Assembly: GCF_009914755.1 (NCBI RefSeq)
Contig: NC_060934.1
DNA length: 64,000 nucleotides
DNA from: the human T2T-CHM13v2.0 reference genome, Homo sapiens
Direction: 5' to 3' (one strand)
This document shows positions 29,954 through 43,240 of this stretch, piece by piece. The position numbers and the translations under genes were made by a program. The notes under the pieces are model-generated. The model was not told the origin of the DNA. It did not search any database and was given only the letters and a program-made list of their open reading frames with translations. Every line of letters begins with the position of its first letter. The first letter of the stretch is position 1.

Positions 29954-31052
29954 TTATGGCAACAACAAACCTCAAACCCAGATCAACTCCTGACTATATT
30001 AACACAAAACCTTCCACTAAAGGCCTGGCAGCAAGAAAGACATGTATCTTTGTCCTTTGCAACATGCCCAACTTTCAACCAAAAAAAATGTATGAGACAT
30101 AGGAAAAGGCAAAGAAAACCCACAGTCTGAAGAGACAAAGCAATCATATACAACCATCACAACTAAGATATGACACATACATGGACCTATCAAACACAGG
30201 ATTTAAAATGACTGTGATTAATATGGTAAAAATGCTAATGGAGAAGATAGAAAACATGCAAGTTCAGCTAGATAATTTCAACAGAAAGATGGAAACTATA
30301 AAAAAGAATAATATGAAAATACTAAAAAACAAAAACACAGTAAAAGAGCTGAAGATTGTCTTTGAGGGACTCAACAGTAGACTTGACAGCCACAGAAGGA
30401 ATCAGTGAACTGGATAGAGATCAATAGAAATTCTGCAAACTAAAGTACAAAAAAAAGAAGAGTAGAGGAGAAAATCCCCACAACACAGTATCCAGGAGTG
30501 TTACACCATATCTAATTGTCTAAAATGTACATAATTGAAATCCCCAAAGAATAAGTGAAAGAGAATGAGACTGAAGAAACATTTGAAGAAATAATAGCAG
30601 AAGATTTTCCAAGCTAATAACAAACACCAAAGTATAGATCCAAGAAGCTCAGAGAACACCAAGAAGGATAAATATAAAAACAAACACACAATAAGATCAT
30701 CCAGGCATATCATATTCAGACTGCTGAAAATCAAAGACAAGAAAATCATGAAGGCAGGCACCCTCTCCCTCAGAGGTACATTACCTACAGAGGAACAAGG
30801 ATAAGAATATATCGCACTTCTCATCAGAAACAAGTCAGCCAGAAAATAACGGCTTACTATTTTATTTTTAAAGTTCTGAAAGAAACTATCAACCCAGAAT
30901 TCTATATCCAGAGAAATTAATAAAATATAAAGACTTTCTCCAGCTAACAAAAACTAAGAGAATGAATGCATTGGTAGCAGATTATCTTATAAGAAATGTT
31001 AAAGGAACTTCTTCAGGCTGAAGAAATATGATAGGTCAGAAACTTGAATCTT

Positions 31053-31270
31053 CCAGCCTGGCCAACATGGTGAAACCCTGTCTCTACTAAAAATACAAAA
31101 ATTAGCCAGGTGTGGTGATGCATACCTGTAATCCCAGCTACTCTGAGGCTGAGGCAGGAGAAGCGCTGGAACCTGGGAGGCGGAAGTTGTAGTGAGCCAA
31201 GATCAGGCCACTGCACTCCAGTCTGAGCAGCAGAGTGAGAACCCATCTCAAAACAACAACAACAACAAAA
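31053..31270 (+). mobile_element. 5'-truncated AluS
   Basis: Starts at CCAGCCTGGCCAACATGG; (CAA)n tail; CTTGAATC flanks. Confidence 0.92.
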
Positions 31271-34200
31271 CCTTGAATCCTTGAATCTACACAAGGAAAT
31301 GAAGAGAATTGGAAATGGAATAAATTGAGGCAAAATATAATTTTTTCTTGTTATTAGTTGCTCTAAAAGCTAATTTTCATAGCAAAAATAGTAAAATATG
31401 TTGTGTGTTTATACCACATCGTTACCCAACAAACGAAACAGTATAATTTAAGTTAGACACAAATTATTTAAAAATGTATATTGTAACTCCTAAGACAACC
31501 ACTAACAGTTATTTTAAACAAGTTAAATAATAATTCAATAGAGGAGATAAAATTAAATTATGATGCTTAATTAAACCTAGAGAAGGCAGAAAAAGAAGAA
31601 AAAATTAACAAAGACAAATGGGGCAAAAAGAAATCACATTTCAAGATAGTTTAACCCAACCATTAAAAAAAATCAGTAAATATGAAAAGTCTAAACACAC
31701 CAGTTGTTCATAGTATCCTTGTATTATCTTTTTAATATCTGTGGGGTCAATAGTTATGTACTCTTCATTTTTACATTGGTAATCTATGTCTTCATTTGTT
31801 TTTTTCTTGATTAGTCTGACACAGAAGATTAAATAGCACATGATTTCATTTATATAAAATTCTGGCATCTGTCCTGGGAAAAGTTCAGTTATTTCCTGCA
31901 TTTGCTGAGACAGGAGGTTCTATAGGGATGATGAAGTGATGACTGTGAAAGGGTACCATGGAACTACTTTGGGGGTCATGGACATATTGACTTGATTGGT
32001 CATGGAAATATTGACATATACGTATGTGTATATATGTATATGTCATATACATATATGAATATATGTATACATACACATATGTACATATGTTTATGTGTAT
32101 ACATACATACATATATATGCCACATACTTATTGAGCACATACAAATGTGTGCATTATATTGTACACAATTTATATCTCAATATCATTGATTGAAAAAAGA
32201 ACTCAGTAGCAGAACAAAAGCCACAATATCCGTCTTTAATTTCCTGCGTCTTTGACAGCAGCAAATCTGTAAATCTGTTCACATCCAAATTTGAAATGCC
32301 AGTATGGTGAGCCTTGGCCACCTTGGTCTTTTGCAAATAGTGTGTCCAGACCCTTAGGACACAAAGATCAACTCTTCCATAAAATATAAAAGTAAATAAT
32401 AATGATGGGCAAATTTAAAGTTTTGTGTTAATGTGATCTATAGTAAGCTTGGTTGGCAAAAATGCTCTTTGTAATCCAGAGATAACATTTTTAAAGTTTT
32501 CTAATGACAATGGTTTATACTAAGATTTTATGACCCTTCAGCATTTAGAATCTAGTCCTCTAACAACTTTACCTTAATGATTATATAGTAAGTTGTGTCT
32601 CTATAATCTATAAAAACTTCCCAAGAATTTATGTTTTATCAATTTATTATGTATTTGTTGCTATTTTATATTCTACATGTCATAAAAACTTTTAGAGGAG
32701 CTAAAGATGAACCCTTCAGTGTTTTCATAACTTAAGGGAAAAAAGGAAGCAGTAGACATTTTACCTTCCAGACCCAACTGAAGATACAAAACCAACTGAT
32801 GATACAAAACCAACACATGTGAGGATAGGAATGATCTGAAATTTCCCTTTCTCATTTAAATGAGAAGCGGAGCTCTGGTCTGCTTAGTCCAGGGAATAAA
32901 ATTCTGTGGAAGGAGCCAAATCATTAAACTTCTGCCTTTGGTGCAGCTCTTTTAATTTCTTTGGCACCATGGTGAGTCAAGGTAGACCCTGAGAAAACAG
33001 CAGCAGGAACCAGGAGTTGGACATTCAGTCCTGATGCTGGCTTTAGCTTCAGGCAGAATATTCTGAGATTACTCATTTTATTCCCCTAAGCTCACCTCTC
33101 CAGAAAAGAACAGGATCTCAGTGTGAAGCTGGCATCCTCTGGGTATTATCTCTTGGGAAGTACCAGAGTACAATGGAAGTTGCCCAGAGTTGAGTTCAAG
33201 GTTTGAGAATTCTGGCTGCTCAATAGGACTATCAATGATCAATGCTAACTACAGCAGTGGAGATTATACAAAGACCTCTATATTCAGGGAAGAGAGAGTT
33301 TACCTGGAGACTAGAGGAGTCAGAGAAGGCTTTGCAGAGGGATAGCACTTGAACTGCTTCCAAAATTTGCTTGGTTGCAGGCAGGTTGGATTGAAGGGGA
33401 GCTTGTAGGATACGGGAATAGAGCTTTAGGAGATTTTGGCTAAATCTCCTAAAGAATAATTTCAATTATACTAAATAGCACTACTGACCCCACATTGCCA
33501 AGGTGGAATATATTTGTCAATATTGAAGAGTTTTCTCTATTTGCTACTGCTGCAGCAAAGGCAGAATCTGAACATAGTTGTTTAAAAGTCTTCCATGGCT
33601 ATTTTGATCTCTTGTCTAAAGCTTTTGAATTTATTTTAAATCAATTTCATTCATGGAGATTTTGGAGGAAGGTAGGGCCTTTCAGTTAGTCTAATTTATA
33701 CCTGCAGGCATAGTCTATCCTTTTGTAAAATGTATTTTACTGGTATTTATGGAACAATTTACGCTGTCTAATCAAACAAATTAAAACACTTATTTTTGCT
33801 TTCCTCAATTCAGTCAATTGTTAATAATCATGTTGTCATTTTTTTCCACACTTGGCACTGAAACTTTATTCATTCTCCTTAGAAATTCTGCCACCAACCT
33901 ACTATAAAAACTGTCATTATCTCCTAAAGTCACAGTCCTGACATCTGTTAAGTAAAGGTTTATTTGACACTTCAAAAGTCAATCTGCACAGCTGACTGAA
34001 CTCCTTCAGAATTTTACAGCTTGCTCTTGTCAAATATTTGGGAAAATAAAATTTGCTTTTAGAAAAAATATTTGGTTTTTACAGAAAAGAAAATACTCTT
34101 TATTTATCAAAAAATTATTTGCTTTCCCTGAAAAACACATGTACTCAACTTTTCTTATCAATTGCTTTTTAGAACCAATATAAAAGTAAACAAAAGTGAA

Positions 34201-34535
34201 ATAAATTTGCATGCTTCACTTCAAATGACAATTTCTTTCTTCTAACAACCCTGAAGATTGAATAGGTCACCTAAGTTCTAGATATATTATTAGAAAGAAA
34301 ATCACAACAACGTGGTTGGCCTTGAGAATAAGGGGAGAGACCACTGCTGCCTTTTCCCTGTTCCACTGGGAAACTTCTAGTCTCTCTCTGCAGTGTCTGT
34401 CTTACTGATTTAGATTTGAGCAATGGCCCTCTGTGTAAGATCCTATTGGACCCATCTCATAAATCTAGGGGACAAATCCCCACTTTCCCTCTAACATTGA
34501 TGGAAACAAAGTAAGGAAATGAACACCTTTTAGAG

Positions 34536-35058
34536 CAGCTGTCCCCAATGTTTTTGGCACCAGAGAGTGGTTTCATGGAAGACAATTTTTCCATGGATCA
34601 GGTGAGGTTGGGGGTGGCTTCAGGACGATTCAAGTTCATTACATTTATTGTGCACTTTATTTCTATTATCACATTGCAATATATAATGAGATATTTATAC
34701 AACTCACCATAACATAGAATCAGTGGGAGCCTTGAGCTTGTTTCCTGGAACTAGACAGTCCCATCTGGGGGGATGGGAGACAGTGACAGATCATCAGGCT
34801 TTAGATTCTTATAAGGAGAGGGCAACCTGGATGCCTCACATGCGTAGTTCACAGTAGGGTTCCTGCTTCTATGAAAATTGAATGCAACCACTGATCTGAC
34901 AGAAGGCAGAGTGCAGGTGGTAATGAGGTATGAGGAGTGACTGTAAACACAGATGAAGCTTCCCTCTCTCACCCGCCTCTCACCTCCAGCTGTGCAGACT
35001 GGTTCCTAACAGGCCATGGACTGACAGCAATCTGTGGCTCAGGAGTTAAAGGCCCCTG
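34536..35058. mobile_element. MER1A (hAT-Charlie MITE)
   Basis: CAGCTGTCCCCAA...TTTTTGGCACCAG...GGCCCCTG, 523 bp, perfect 8-bp TSD TTTTAGAG (34528-34535, 35059-35066). Confidence 0.92.
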
Positions 35059-35589
35059 TTTTAGAGCATCTGTCCAATATTGGCTCTATGCTAAGAACAT
35101 TCCATGGGTTATCTTATCTAATCCTTACAGCAGCACTTCAAGATAAGTATTGTCTCACCTCTGAAGTTAAAGCTTATGATTTGACTCTAAATCTTTGCTG
35201 CTTTACAGCAAGCTACAAAATACCAGGCTTGACCCTTTCACTGGCATACTTTTTTTCTTGTTATTGGTCATCTGACGATTCCAAGCTTCAGATTCGCTTC
35301 AATGACAGCACATGCGTCTGCAGCTACATGCATTTGTGAACCTGTAAATTCTTAACTGTAGGTGAGAACTACTTCCAGACATACTGTGTTCTGGGTGGGC
35401 TACCTCTTTTTTTCTCATGTGGATCTACTGTGAAATATGAATAGTGATGGATCTGAGCATAGAGTTGAATGTCTGTAGGTGTTTTCATGTAGAAAGCTGA
35501 AACAATTTGCTACTGTTTCTGACATAGAAGCCACGCAGTTTCTTCTCTAGTTTCCTACATCTCAGGTTTTCCTCTCACTGCATGAGGTA

Positions 35590-35800
35590 TTGGAGGAGCA
35601 ATGTGCAAGAAATCAGAAGACCTGGTCTCTGATACTTTTTCTGCCATTTATTAGCTATTTCCCACTAAAAAAGAAATCACTTGGCTTATTGCAACTTCAT
35701 TCTCTCTTTGATGCAAAGAAGAGAGATAATAGTACCCAACTCTCTGGTTGCTATAAAAACCAAATAAGTCATGTGGAAGTAATTTGAAAACTATAAAGGA
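35590..35800 (+). mobile_element. MIR SINE
   Basis: gaaatcagaagacctgg...ctgccatttattagct...ataatagtacc. Confidence 0.6.
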
Positions 35801-35909
35801 CTTTTAATGATGCTAAAATTCAAATTTATTCTTGTTACACCCTGGGTAGAACCCTTCACAGCTTCTAGTGTTCTTAAATTAAAATCCAACCTCCTTGTCA
35901 CTGTTCACC

Positions 35910-36395
35910 AGTCCAGGTTCTGGGTTGCAAACAATTAGAATTAATTCTTATGATCTTTTACGGAAAGAGGGAGCTCTTTGGAAGACAATAATGGGCCCAG
36001 AGAATCCCTGGGAGACTTAGGAAATGAGATGAACAGCGGGATGTCTGGAGGTCAGATGGAGGGAACAGTCTGGGAGGACAGAGCATCAGACAGTGCCACT
36101 GCCACTGCTGGATGAAATGGGGATGCCAGTGCCATGAAGAATTCTAAACTCTTATTTTGATTTTGCATCTCTTGTTCCAGATTGAAAGACTCAGGGAGGT
36201 GAATGATTGGCTGAACATAGGTCCTAGGACTATGACTTGGATGCTAGCGGATGGATAGAGGATCACTTCTCTTTATCTTCCAGAGCAGGAGACTACAGTT
36301 ATAGATACTACCAATGCCATGCAGAGTCGGACATGCCCCCAAATAGAGAAAGAGGTTGCATGCTAGACAGTGAAACCAAAGCAACAAAAAAAAGC
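35910..36395. mobile_element. Old MaLR LTR (MLT1-like) inserted in L2
   Basis: gtccaggttctgggttgcaaacaa start; tgattggctgaacataggtc internal motif. Confidence 0.45.
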
Positions 36396-36399
36396 CTCA

Positions 36400-36940
36400 A
36401 ACTCATACCCACCACTTCCTGCATAATCTCACCCCGCTTCACTCCTTAGCTCACCTGGCACCACCAACAACCCCCCAACCACTCACCCCCCACCAGCCCC
36501 CAGCCATGCTGCAGACTTGCAAGTCTTATTTCACTTAATTTTTTGTGCCAAGCTCTTTTCTACCTCAATGCCACCCAACTGAGATACCTGGAATTCTCTA
36601 CCATTCTCTATGTTTTTCCTTTGACTAACCTTTCTTCACCTTAAAGTATCACCTGCATGGAAACTTCTGTGGAAAATACTTGTCTGACTACCACCATTCT
36701 TGTCCAAATCTAGATTAGCCCCACTCCCACCCATTGTAGACTGTCATACAAACTTGTGCTTGAAGAGGTTTCTTCTTCATTTCATTCATAATTAAATAAG
36801 CATTGACATGATTTTGTAAATATCTGTCTCACCCCTTAGAATGAGACAGATCATGAGAATATGATCTCTATCTCTTATTCATGGATGTACCCCAATTTTC
36901 AGTAGACGCTCAAGAAATTTTTATCAGTTGAATGAACAGG
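36400..36940 (+). mobile_element. L2 LINE 3' fragment
   Basis: tgtctcacccc...agtagacgctcaagaaat...gttgaatgaa terminus. Confidence 0.6.
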
Positions 36941-37940
36941 TTAATAGACAGGTGTGTGATGATGTGCTTACCAGCTCTGAGACCCTCACGTGTTTCCATT
37001 TTCCCCTGTTAGTAGGCATGACCTGTCCTCCTTCCTCCTTTAGGCTGCAAGATCCTAGAGACATGGCCATGTACTTACGCTTTTTTGTACCTTTCTCACT
37101 GGCATAATTCTAGGAACACTGGATAATGGCTCAGCAGATGGTTGGATACATGAAAAAAGTAGCTGAAGTGGTGGTGAAAAGACTCCTTCTACTATTCTTC
37201 TTTGAGCCCTTCTGGTACATCTTAAATGAAATTACTTTTGTTACCATAAACTAAGAGAAAAAGAGTAAGTACAAGCATCTTATCATGAGATAAATATGGA
37301 CTAGGTTTCCATTATGTATGATAAGTGTTAAAAGTAATCTTAAAATTTCATTTCCCCCCGCACCAAAGAGCTTACCTTAGAGTTTGGAAGACAGGTCGAT
37401 AACACATGAGGAATTAAACAATAAAGCTGGAAACAATAATACAAGATAGTAGTAAAGGAGATGTTATGTGATAGTGTATCATTAATTGCCAATAGAGCAC
37501 AGACAAGAAGAGCTATTCATTCTGAAGAGAAGGAGGTTTTAGCTTTTAGAGTAGCCCTCTCTCTTCACTGACTACCATTCACAGACACACTCTTCCCAAA
37601 GGAATTGCACCTCTTAAGAAACACTTCTCCCCACCTTCCTCCTTCCAGCCCCTCCTTCCCCCTCCTCCTTCCCAAGCACATTTTGTGTTGTGAATCCTGG
37701 ATACAATCACCTTCTCATGCTCTAGATTTCAGGCTGCAACTCTGTGTCTTTCTCAAGAATCTTTGTGTATGAATCATTGTCACACCAGAGGCCCCATAGC
37801 TGTTGCTGCTCTGCATAAGATAAGCACAAAGGTAGGTGTAGACATAAATGACATAAATGGTCACTGCTCCGGAAAGCCCATTATTTGGTTTGGCTAGACA
37901 ACTCATTTGCAGCAAATTGCAGTAGTTGCCATTTTTCATG

Positions 37941-38722
37941 TAGTTTTTTGTTTTAATTTTTTATCTTTTAAGTTCAGGGGTACAAGTGCAGGTTTGTTAT
38001 ATAGGTAAACTTGTGTCATGGGGGTCTGTTGTACAGATTATTTCATCACCCAGGTATTAAGCCTAGTACCCTGTGAAAGGAAAATATCTTAGGCCCCAAA
38101 AGTCACTAAGAAAAACTCAAGCCTGGAACTGCAAACCTGCCTCCCGTTCTAGTCAAAGTCACCCCTCTGCTCACTGAGATAAATGCATATCTGATTTGCC
38201 TCCTTTGGAAAGGCTAGTCAGAAACCAAAAGAAGGTAACCATTTGTGTCTCACCTGCTTGTGACCTGGAAGCTCCTCCTCGCTCCAGTCTTCCTGCCTTT
38301 GCTTCAAGTCATCCCACCTTTCCAGACCCAGCCAATGTACTTCTTCCGTACATTGATTGATGGCTCATGTCTCCCTAAAATGTATAAAACTAAGCTGTGC
38401 CCTGACCACCTTGGGCACGTGTCATCAGGACTTCCTGAGGCTGTCACAGGTGCATCCTCAATTTTGCCATAATAAACTTTCTAAGTTAACTGAGACCTGT
38501 CTCAGATTTTCTGATTTCACAACCCATTAGCTATTTTTCCTGATCCTCTCCCTCCTCCCACCCTCCAGCCCCTGACAGGCCCCAATTTTGTGTTGTTCCC
38601 TCTATGTGTCCATGTCTTCTCATCATTTAGCTACCACTTATAAGTGAGAACATGCCGCATTTGGTTTTCTGTTCGTGCATTAGTTTGCTAAGGAAAATGG
38701 CCTCCAGCTCCATCCATGTTGC
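37941..38722 (-). mobile_element. Older L1PA (PA13-16-like) 3' end, split by MER4A
   Basis: aagttcaggggtacaagtgcagg...ttaagcctagtaccc | acccattag...ataagtgagaacatg. Confidence 0.85.
38072..38521 (+). mobile_element. ERV1 solo LTR, MER4A family
   Basis: TGTGAAAGGAAAAT...TATAAAA...AATAAA...TTCACA; 4-bp TSD ACCC. Confidence 0.85.
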
Positions 38723-38829
38723 AGCCAACAATCTTCTAGCTTTGTTAACCAGAAATGAGCCCCATCACTAAGAATCTTGGATTCTCTCTGTTCTCCGTGG
38801 ACTTTCAGCTTGCAGGGCTCTTGGCTAGG

Positions 38830-39040
38830 AGTCTGGGTCAAGTTCAGAGACAGACTGACCAGTACGGATTCCAGCTCTGCTGCTTTCTTTAACTTCCTTA
38901 TGCCTCAGCTTTCCCATTAGTAAAATGGGTGCCATAAAATGATCTACCTTCTGGGTTTATTGTGAACATTTAAAAATGGCACACATGAAGGCTGGGCACA
39001 CTACCTGGCACAGAGGAATCCGCAAATTTTAGCTGCCAGT
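38830..39040 (+). mobile_element. MIR SINE
   Basis: ccagctctgc...gcctcagctttccc...taaaatggg...cctggcacagag. Confidence 0.7.
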
Positions 39041-39045
39041 ATTAC

Positions 39046-39366
39046 TGTTGTAGGACGTTCTCCTTAGTTAAGCTAAAAGCGGGATCCTTGTCACAGGACC
39101 AGGAAAGATTAGGTTCGTGGATACACGGAAGGGTGAGAAAAATGGAATTTACTGAGCAAAAAGGAAAGAAACTCAGCAAAGCAAGAGAGGTTCCTGTTAA
39201 TAAGCCCCCATCTCATAGACTGAATCCCAGGTTTCCACCCAGGAACAAGAGGGGCCAGGCTCCTCCCTGCTGCAAATGGCATGAACTTCTGTGGCTCCAC
39301 CCCACCCTCCCAGTGCGCAGGCCAGGCATAGGTTCTCCAGGGACCTCTTTATATTTGGCTGTCTCA
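39046..39366 (-). mobile_element. ERV1 solo LTR, MER61 family
   Basis: Minus strand TGAGACAGCC...CCTACAACA; 4-bp TSD TTAC. Confidence 0.85.
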
Positions 39367-39661
39367 TTACTGTAGTTGAAACGTTTTTGGCTCCCTTAGC
39401 TGTTGCATGTATGTGCATTTTCCCCAACTTTTTTTTTTTGTATATCCCTTCACTCTTTCCCATCACATATTCCATAGAAAACATTTGTGATTGGACAGAA
39501 AAGTGAAAATTATCCGTTTGCATTGAAGCTTTAATGGTAACAAACCCACATGAATCCTTCACAGTCAGCTGTAGCACAACGCCTGCTGGTTAAAGCTCAA
39601 CAGGCTGGTCAGGCTTGCTGGTGGAGTGTGTGTGCTCTACCAGTAACCTCGGGGTGGGAAG

Positions 39662-40207
39662 TGAACTCACAGGGTTAGCAAGAATTAACAGAAATCGAGT
39701 TATAATTAAGCATTTATCAGCTGTACTTTGGCCCACTTCCTTGTAGTGGAAAGTCATGTAGCACTAGATACTCACCATTTGCATTCCCATTGTTCCTAGA
39801 GATAGGATTTTTGGAGTTAGAATCATACGGCTTTTGTTAAAGATAGATAGGATCTCCAGCATTAGGTCATAAGGCTTTTGCTTAAGGTGTTTTTCACATC
39901 CTGAATCCCAGTGAAACAGCTGATGCCCACTGGTTTGAAGACCACCACGGAGGAAAAGAAGCAGCATGAGAATACAGCTTCTTCATCTCCTTGTCCCATG
40001 ACTTTATTCTGCATTCTGACCAATCAATGATCTCCAAACTTCAGACCACTCCAAAGCCCTTAAAAACCCTAGCCCCAAACTCCTCAGGGAGACGGATGTG
40101 AGTTTTCATCCCATGTCCTCATTTGATGGCCCTATGATTAAACCCCTTTCTCTCTGCAATGTAGTGACTTGCTGTGTGCATTGGGCAACTGACCCATTAC
40201 CATTACA
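39662..40207 (+). mobile_element. ERV1 solo LTR (MER4 group; LTR26-like, subfamily uncertain)
   Basis: TG...CA termini, ATTAAA at ~40137, 4-bp TSD GAAG (39658-39661, 40208-40211). Confidence 0.75.
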
Positions 40208-42290
40208 GAAGCATGTCAGAAGTCGGGTAAGAAGGGTCAACCTTTTGAACTGTGTGTCTTGCAGCGGAAGCAGCATAGCTTCCAGAGAGCAGCTGGAGGA
40301 GGAATGGGAAGCGGGCCAGGCCTACCTGTTCTCCATGTGGCTCTTCTTAGTGAAGGGGACCTTTCCCTCTCCCCTGGTGCTCTTGCCAGTCTGGAGTCGT
40401 GGTCATTGTCTGGAACGATTACTCCTGTTGTTTCAGCAATCAACAGACTGAATTGTGTTCATCTCACTGAGATTAGAGAGAGAGAAAAAAAATCCCAACT
40501 GTACAGTGGACCACAGCAGTCTGTGTGAGCAGGCTAATCAGGAAAACAATTTCCACCTGGGCAAAGCGGCATTCAGGACAACAAATACTATGTCATTTTC
40601 GGGCAATTAGAGATGGTTGTTCTCCTTTCTCCATGCATGTTAAATTGTGTGTGTACAGCACAGGGCAGAAACACTGAGCAGAAAGGAATAAAAGAGACCC
40701 AACATTCTCCTTTTAATTAGCTTCTCCTCTGACATGAGTCACATCTCCCTCTGTCCACACTTCCTAGGTCCTCTAATCATTTCTTACCATGGGCAATGAA
40801 CATATGTCCCCTCCATTCCCCTAACAGGCACCTGTCTGCACAAGGAGGCGGGTGAACCCCCGCTTCCCCTCCCTCTCTGCCGAAGGAGATGTTTCAGCTT
40901 CGAATTTCAATTCGGCCCCTGGGTCTGAGGCCCAATTTTGAGCAAGTTGGCATGGGGTGGCTTCTGGTGGTGTACTTTTTAATTGCATTATCCTGGGTGA
41001 TGAAAATCTTTTCATTCTTCATGCGTAAAGCCCATGCAGCACGGGGCACACACTTCCCACCGTGACTTTGAGCCGGGGCCCAGTTCCCTCCCAGGGCCAC
41101 TTTGTCAGCTGTTCTAAGATCTTTTGTCATCTCAGTGCTATTAATTGCCCTTGAGCAGCACCAGGCTTTTTAATTCAGATTTCCCTAGAACAGCAGGAGG
41201 GAAAATGGAATGATTATAAAAGGGGGTTAATGTTAATTGCTAATGTAGGTAGAGGTTTTTGTCCTTGGTTAAGATAGCCCTTTACATTTTATAATCTTGA
41301 AATAAAGAAGTAGAGATTGAGTAAAGAATCCTTGCAATCCAAGGACCTTCTTGATAAACTGCAGGAGAGGAGATGAATGTACTTTCCTTTGTTTCCTTGG
41401 TTCATTTGATCAAATCAGCCCACAATCAAGGTATCCAAAAGATCTTGCTTGAGTCAGAGATATAGAAGATTTCTGTTAGGGCTACACAGTAAATGCCCTG
41501 ATTTCAGAGCCTCAGAGGGATACAAGTGACAAAAATTCAATCTTAGAAATAGAAAGGCAATGTTATGTAGACTTCTTAGGGGACCTTTAATACCATCTAT
41601 ACTGCCGATGGCAGGTGAAACAATAAAGTATCACAAAAGGGCACCTGTGTGGGATTTAGAATAAAAAGTTAAAGGATCAAGACCTTGTTGTAGAATTTAA
41701 AAGACTCCGAATAGAATTTTAGCACCAACAGGTAAGGTAATCCACTATTTTCACACCAAGAGAAAGAAGTCATGTTTTCCTTTTTTTTTAACAGAATTAT
41801 TATTTTACCTATTTCTTCAACAGAGCCTATAGATAAATATGGTGTTGCAATTATGTCCAGAGTTGTATTATTTCACAATTTTTTTGTATAAAAAATTATT
41901 TTAGGTAATGTGAAAAAAAAACTCACTTTGTATTGTTGTAGATGAATATTTGTTTTTCCTTCAACGGTAATCATCAGAAATCCAAAGAAGTGTGGCTTTT
42001 CATACTCACGAAATCCAATTTTGGATCTTCATCCGAGTTCAACCCCACATTCCCCCTTAAATGAGAAGGCAGAAGACCCTCAAGCACCCGGTGGCTTCTT
42101 GCCACCATTTTGCAGGTGACAGTGTTTTGTTTGAGAATCCACTCAGCTTTGAATCTGCTGCAAGCCCTGGGAAGCTGGGCTCCACCATGGAGCTCTGAGT
42201 TATAGTGATCTCTCTCATTTTCATCAAATCATGACACCTTTCAGTATGACATCAAACAACAAAGGAGGTTTGAAATATTTGAAATTTAGG

Positions 42291-43022
42291 GGACAGATGC
42301 AGTGGCTCATGCCTGTAATCCCAGTGTTTTGGGAAGTCAAGGTGGGATAATTGCTGGAGGCCAGGAGTTCAAGACCAGCCTGGGCAGCATAGGAAGATCC
42401 TATCTGATATGGTTTGGAGGTTTGTCCCCTCCAAATCTCCTGCTGAGAGGTGCTTTCCAGTGTTGGAGGTGGAGCCTGGTGGGAGGTGTTTGGGTCATGA
42501 GGGTGGATCCCTCATGAATGGCTTGGTTTCATCCTTGTGAATATGCATTGATTTCTCTCTCTATTAATTCTTGCAAGATCTAATAGTTAAAAAGAGCCTG
42601 GCACCTCCTCCTTGCTTTCTTGCTCCCTTTCTCACCATGTGACATGCCTGCTCCCCTTCTCCCTTCTACCATGAGTAAAAGCTTCCTGAGGACCTCACCA
42701 GAGGCTGAGCAGATAGATGTTGGTGTCATGCTTATAAAGCCTGCAGAACCATGAGCCAAATAAACCTCCTTTCTCTATGAATCACCTAGTCTCAGGTATT
42801 TTTTTATAGCAACACAATGGACTAACACACTAAGTCTACAAAAATATTTAAAAATTCGCCTGGCACAATGGTGTGCACCTGTAGTCTCAGCTACCTGGAG
42901 GCTGAGAAGTGAGGATCACTTGGACCCAGAAGTTCAAGGCTGCAGTGAGCTATGATTGTGCTACTGCACTCCAGACTGGATGACAAAAAAAGAAAAAGAA
43001 AAAGAAAGAAAGAAAAAGAAAT
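42291..43022 (+). mobile_element. AluJ split by an MST LTR (arms 42291-42404 and 42835-43022)
   Basis: Left arm ends ...agatcctatc and Alu resumes tctacaaaa after the LTR. Confidence 0.85.
42405..42829 (+). mobile_element. MaLR LTR MSTA/MSTB
   Basis: TGATATGGTTTGG...CCCCTCCAAATCTC...AATAAA...ATAGCAACACAATGGACTAACACA. Confidence 0.9.
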
Positions 43023-43114
43023 CTTTGGGTTCACCATTGCAGTCACCTAATGAGTGGTCAGTAAATGTTAGGCAGGATTTTAATATTGGCCAATCTGTGT
43101 CAGGACATTGTAGC

Positions 43115-43240
43115 ATAGCAGGCACAGTGTCATGCCTAAAATTAGAGTGACTCTTGAGGGCGAGAGGGAGCACCATTAATAATTTCACTGAGACAAAGGC
43201 AGAAAATGGGACAGTCCCAAACTTAGAGCCATCCTCACTC
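43115..43240. mobile_element. hAT-Blackjack MITE (MER94-like)
   Basis: ttgagggcgagagggagcaccattaataatt...gggacagtccca. Confidence 0.5.

Larger units (their letters stand above)
28240..32200 (+). mobile_element. Old L1M element (5' region, ORF1 remnant, short inverted ORF2 piece, 3' end), interrupted by MER44 and an Alu
   Basis: ORF 30181-30408 is an L1 ORF1 coiled-coil remnant; ~31700-31825 is ORF2-like on minus strand (ITIDPTDIKKIIQGYYEQL). Confidence 0.7.

Noticed and set aside
30181-30408. 75-aa coiled-coil ORF
   Set aside because: Remnant of old L1M ORF1 surrounded by stops and frameshifts
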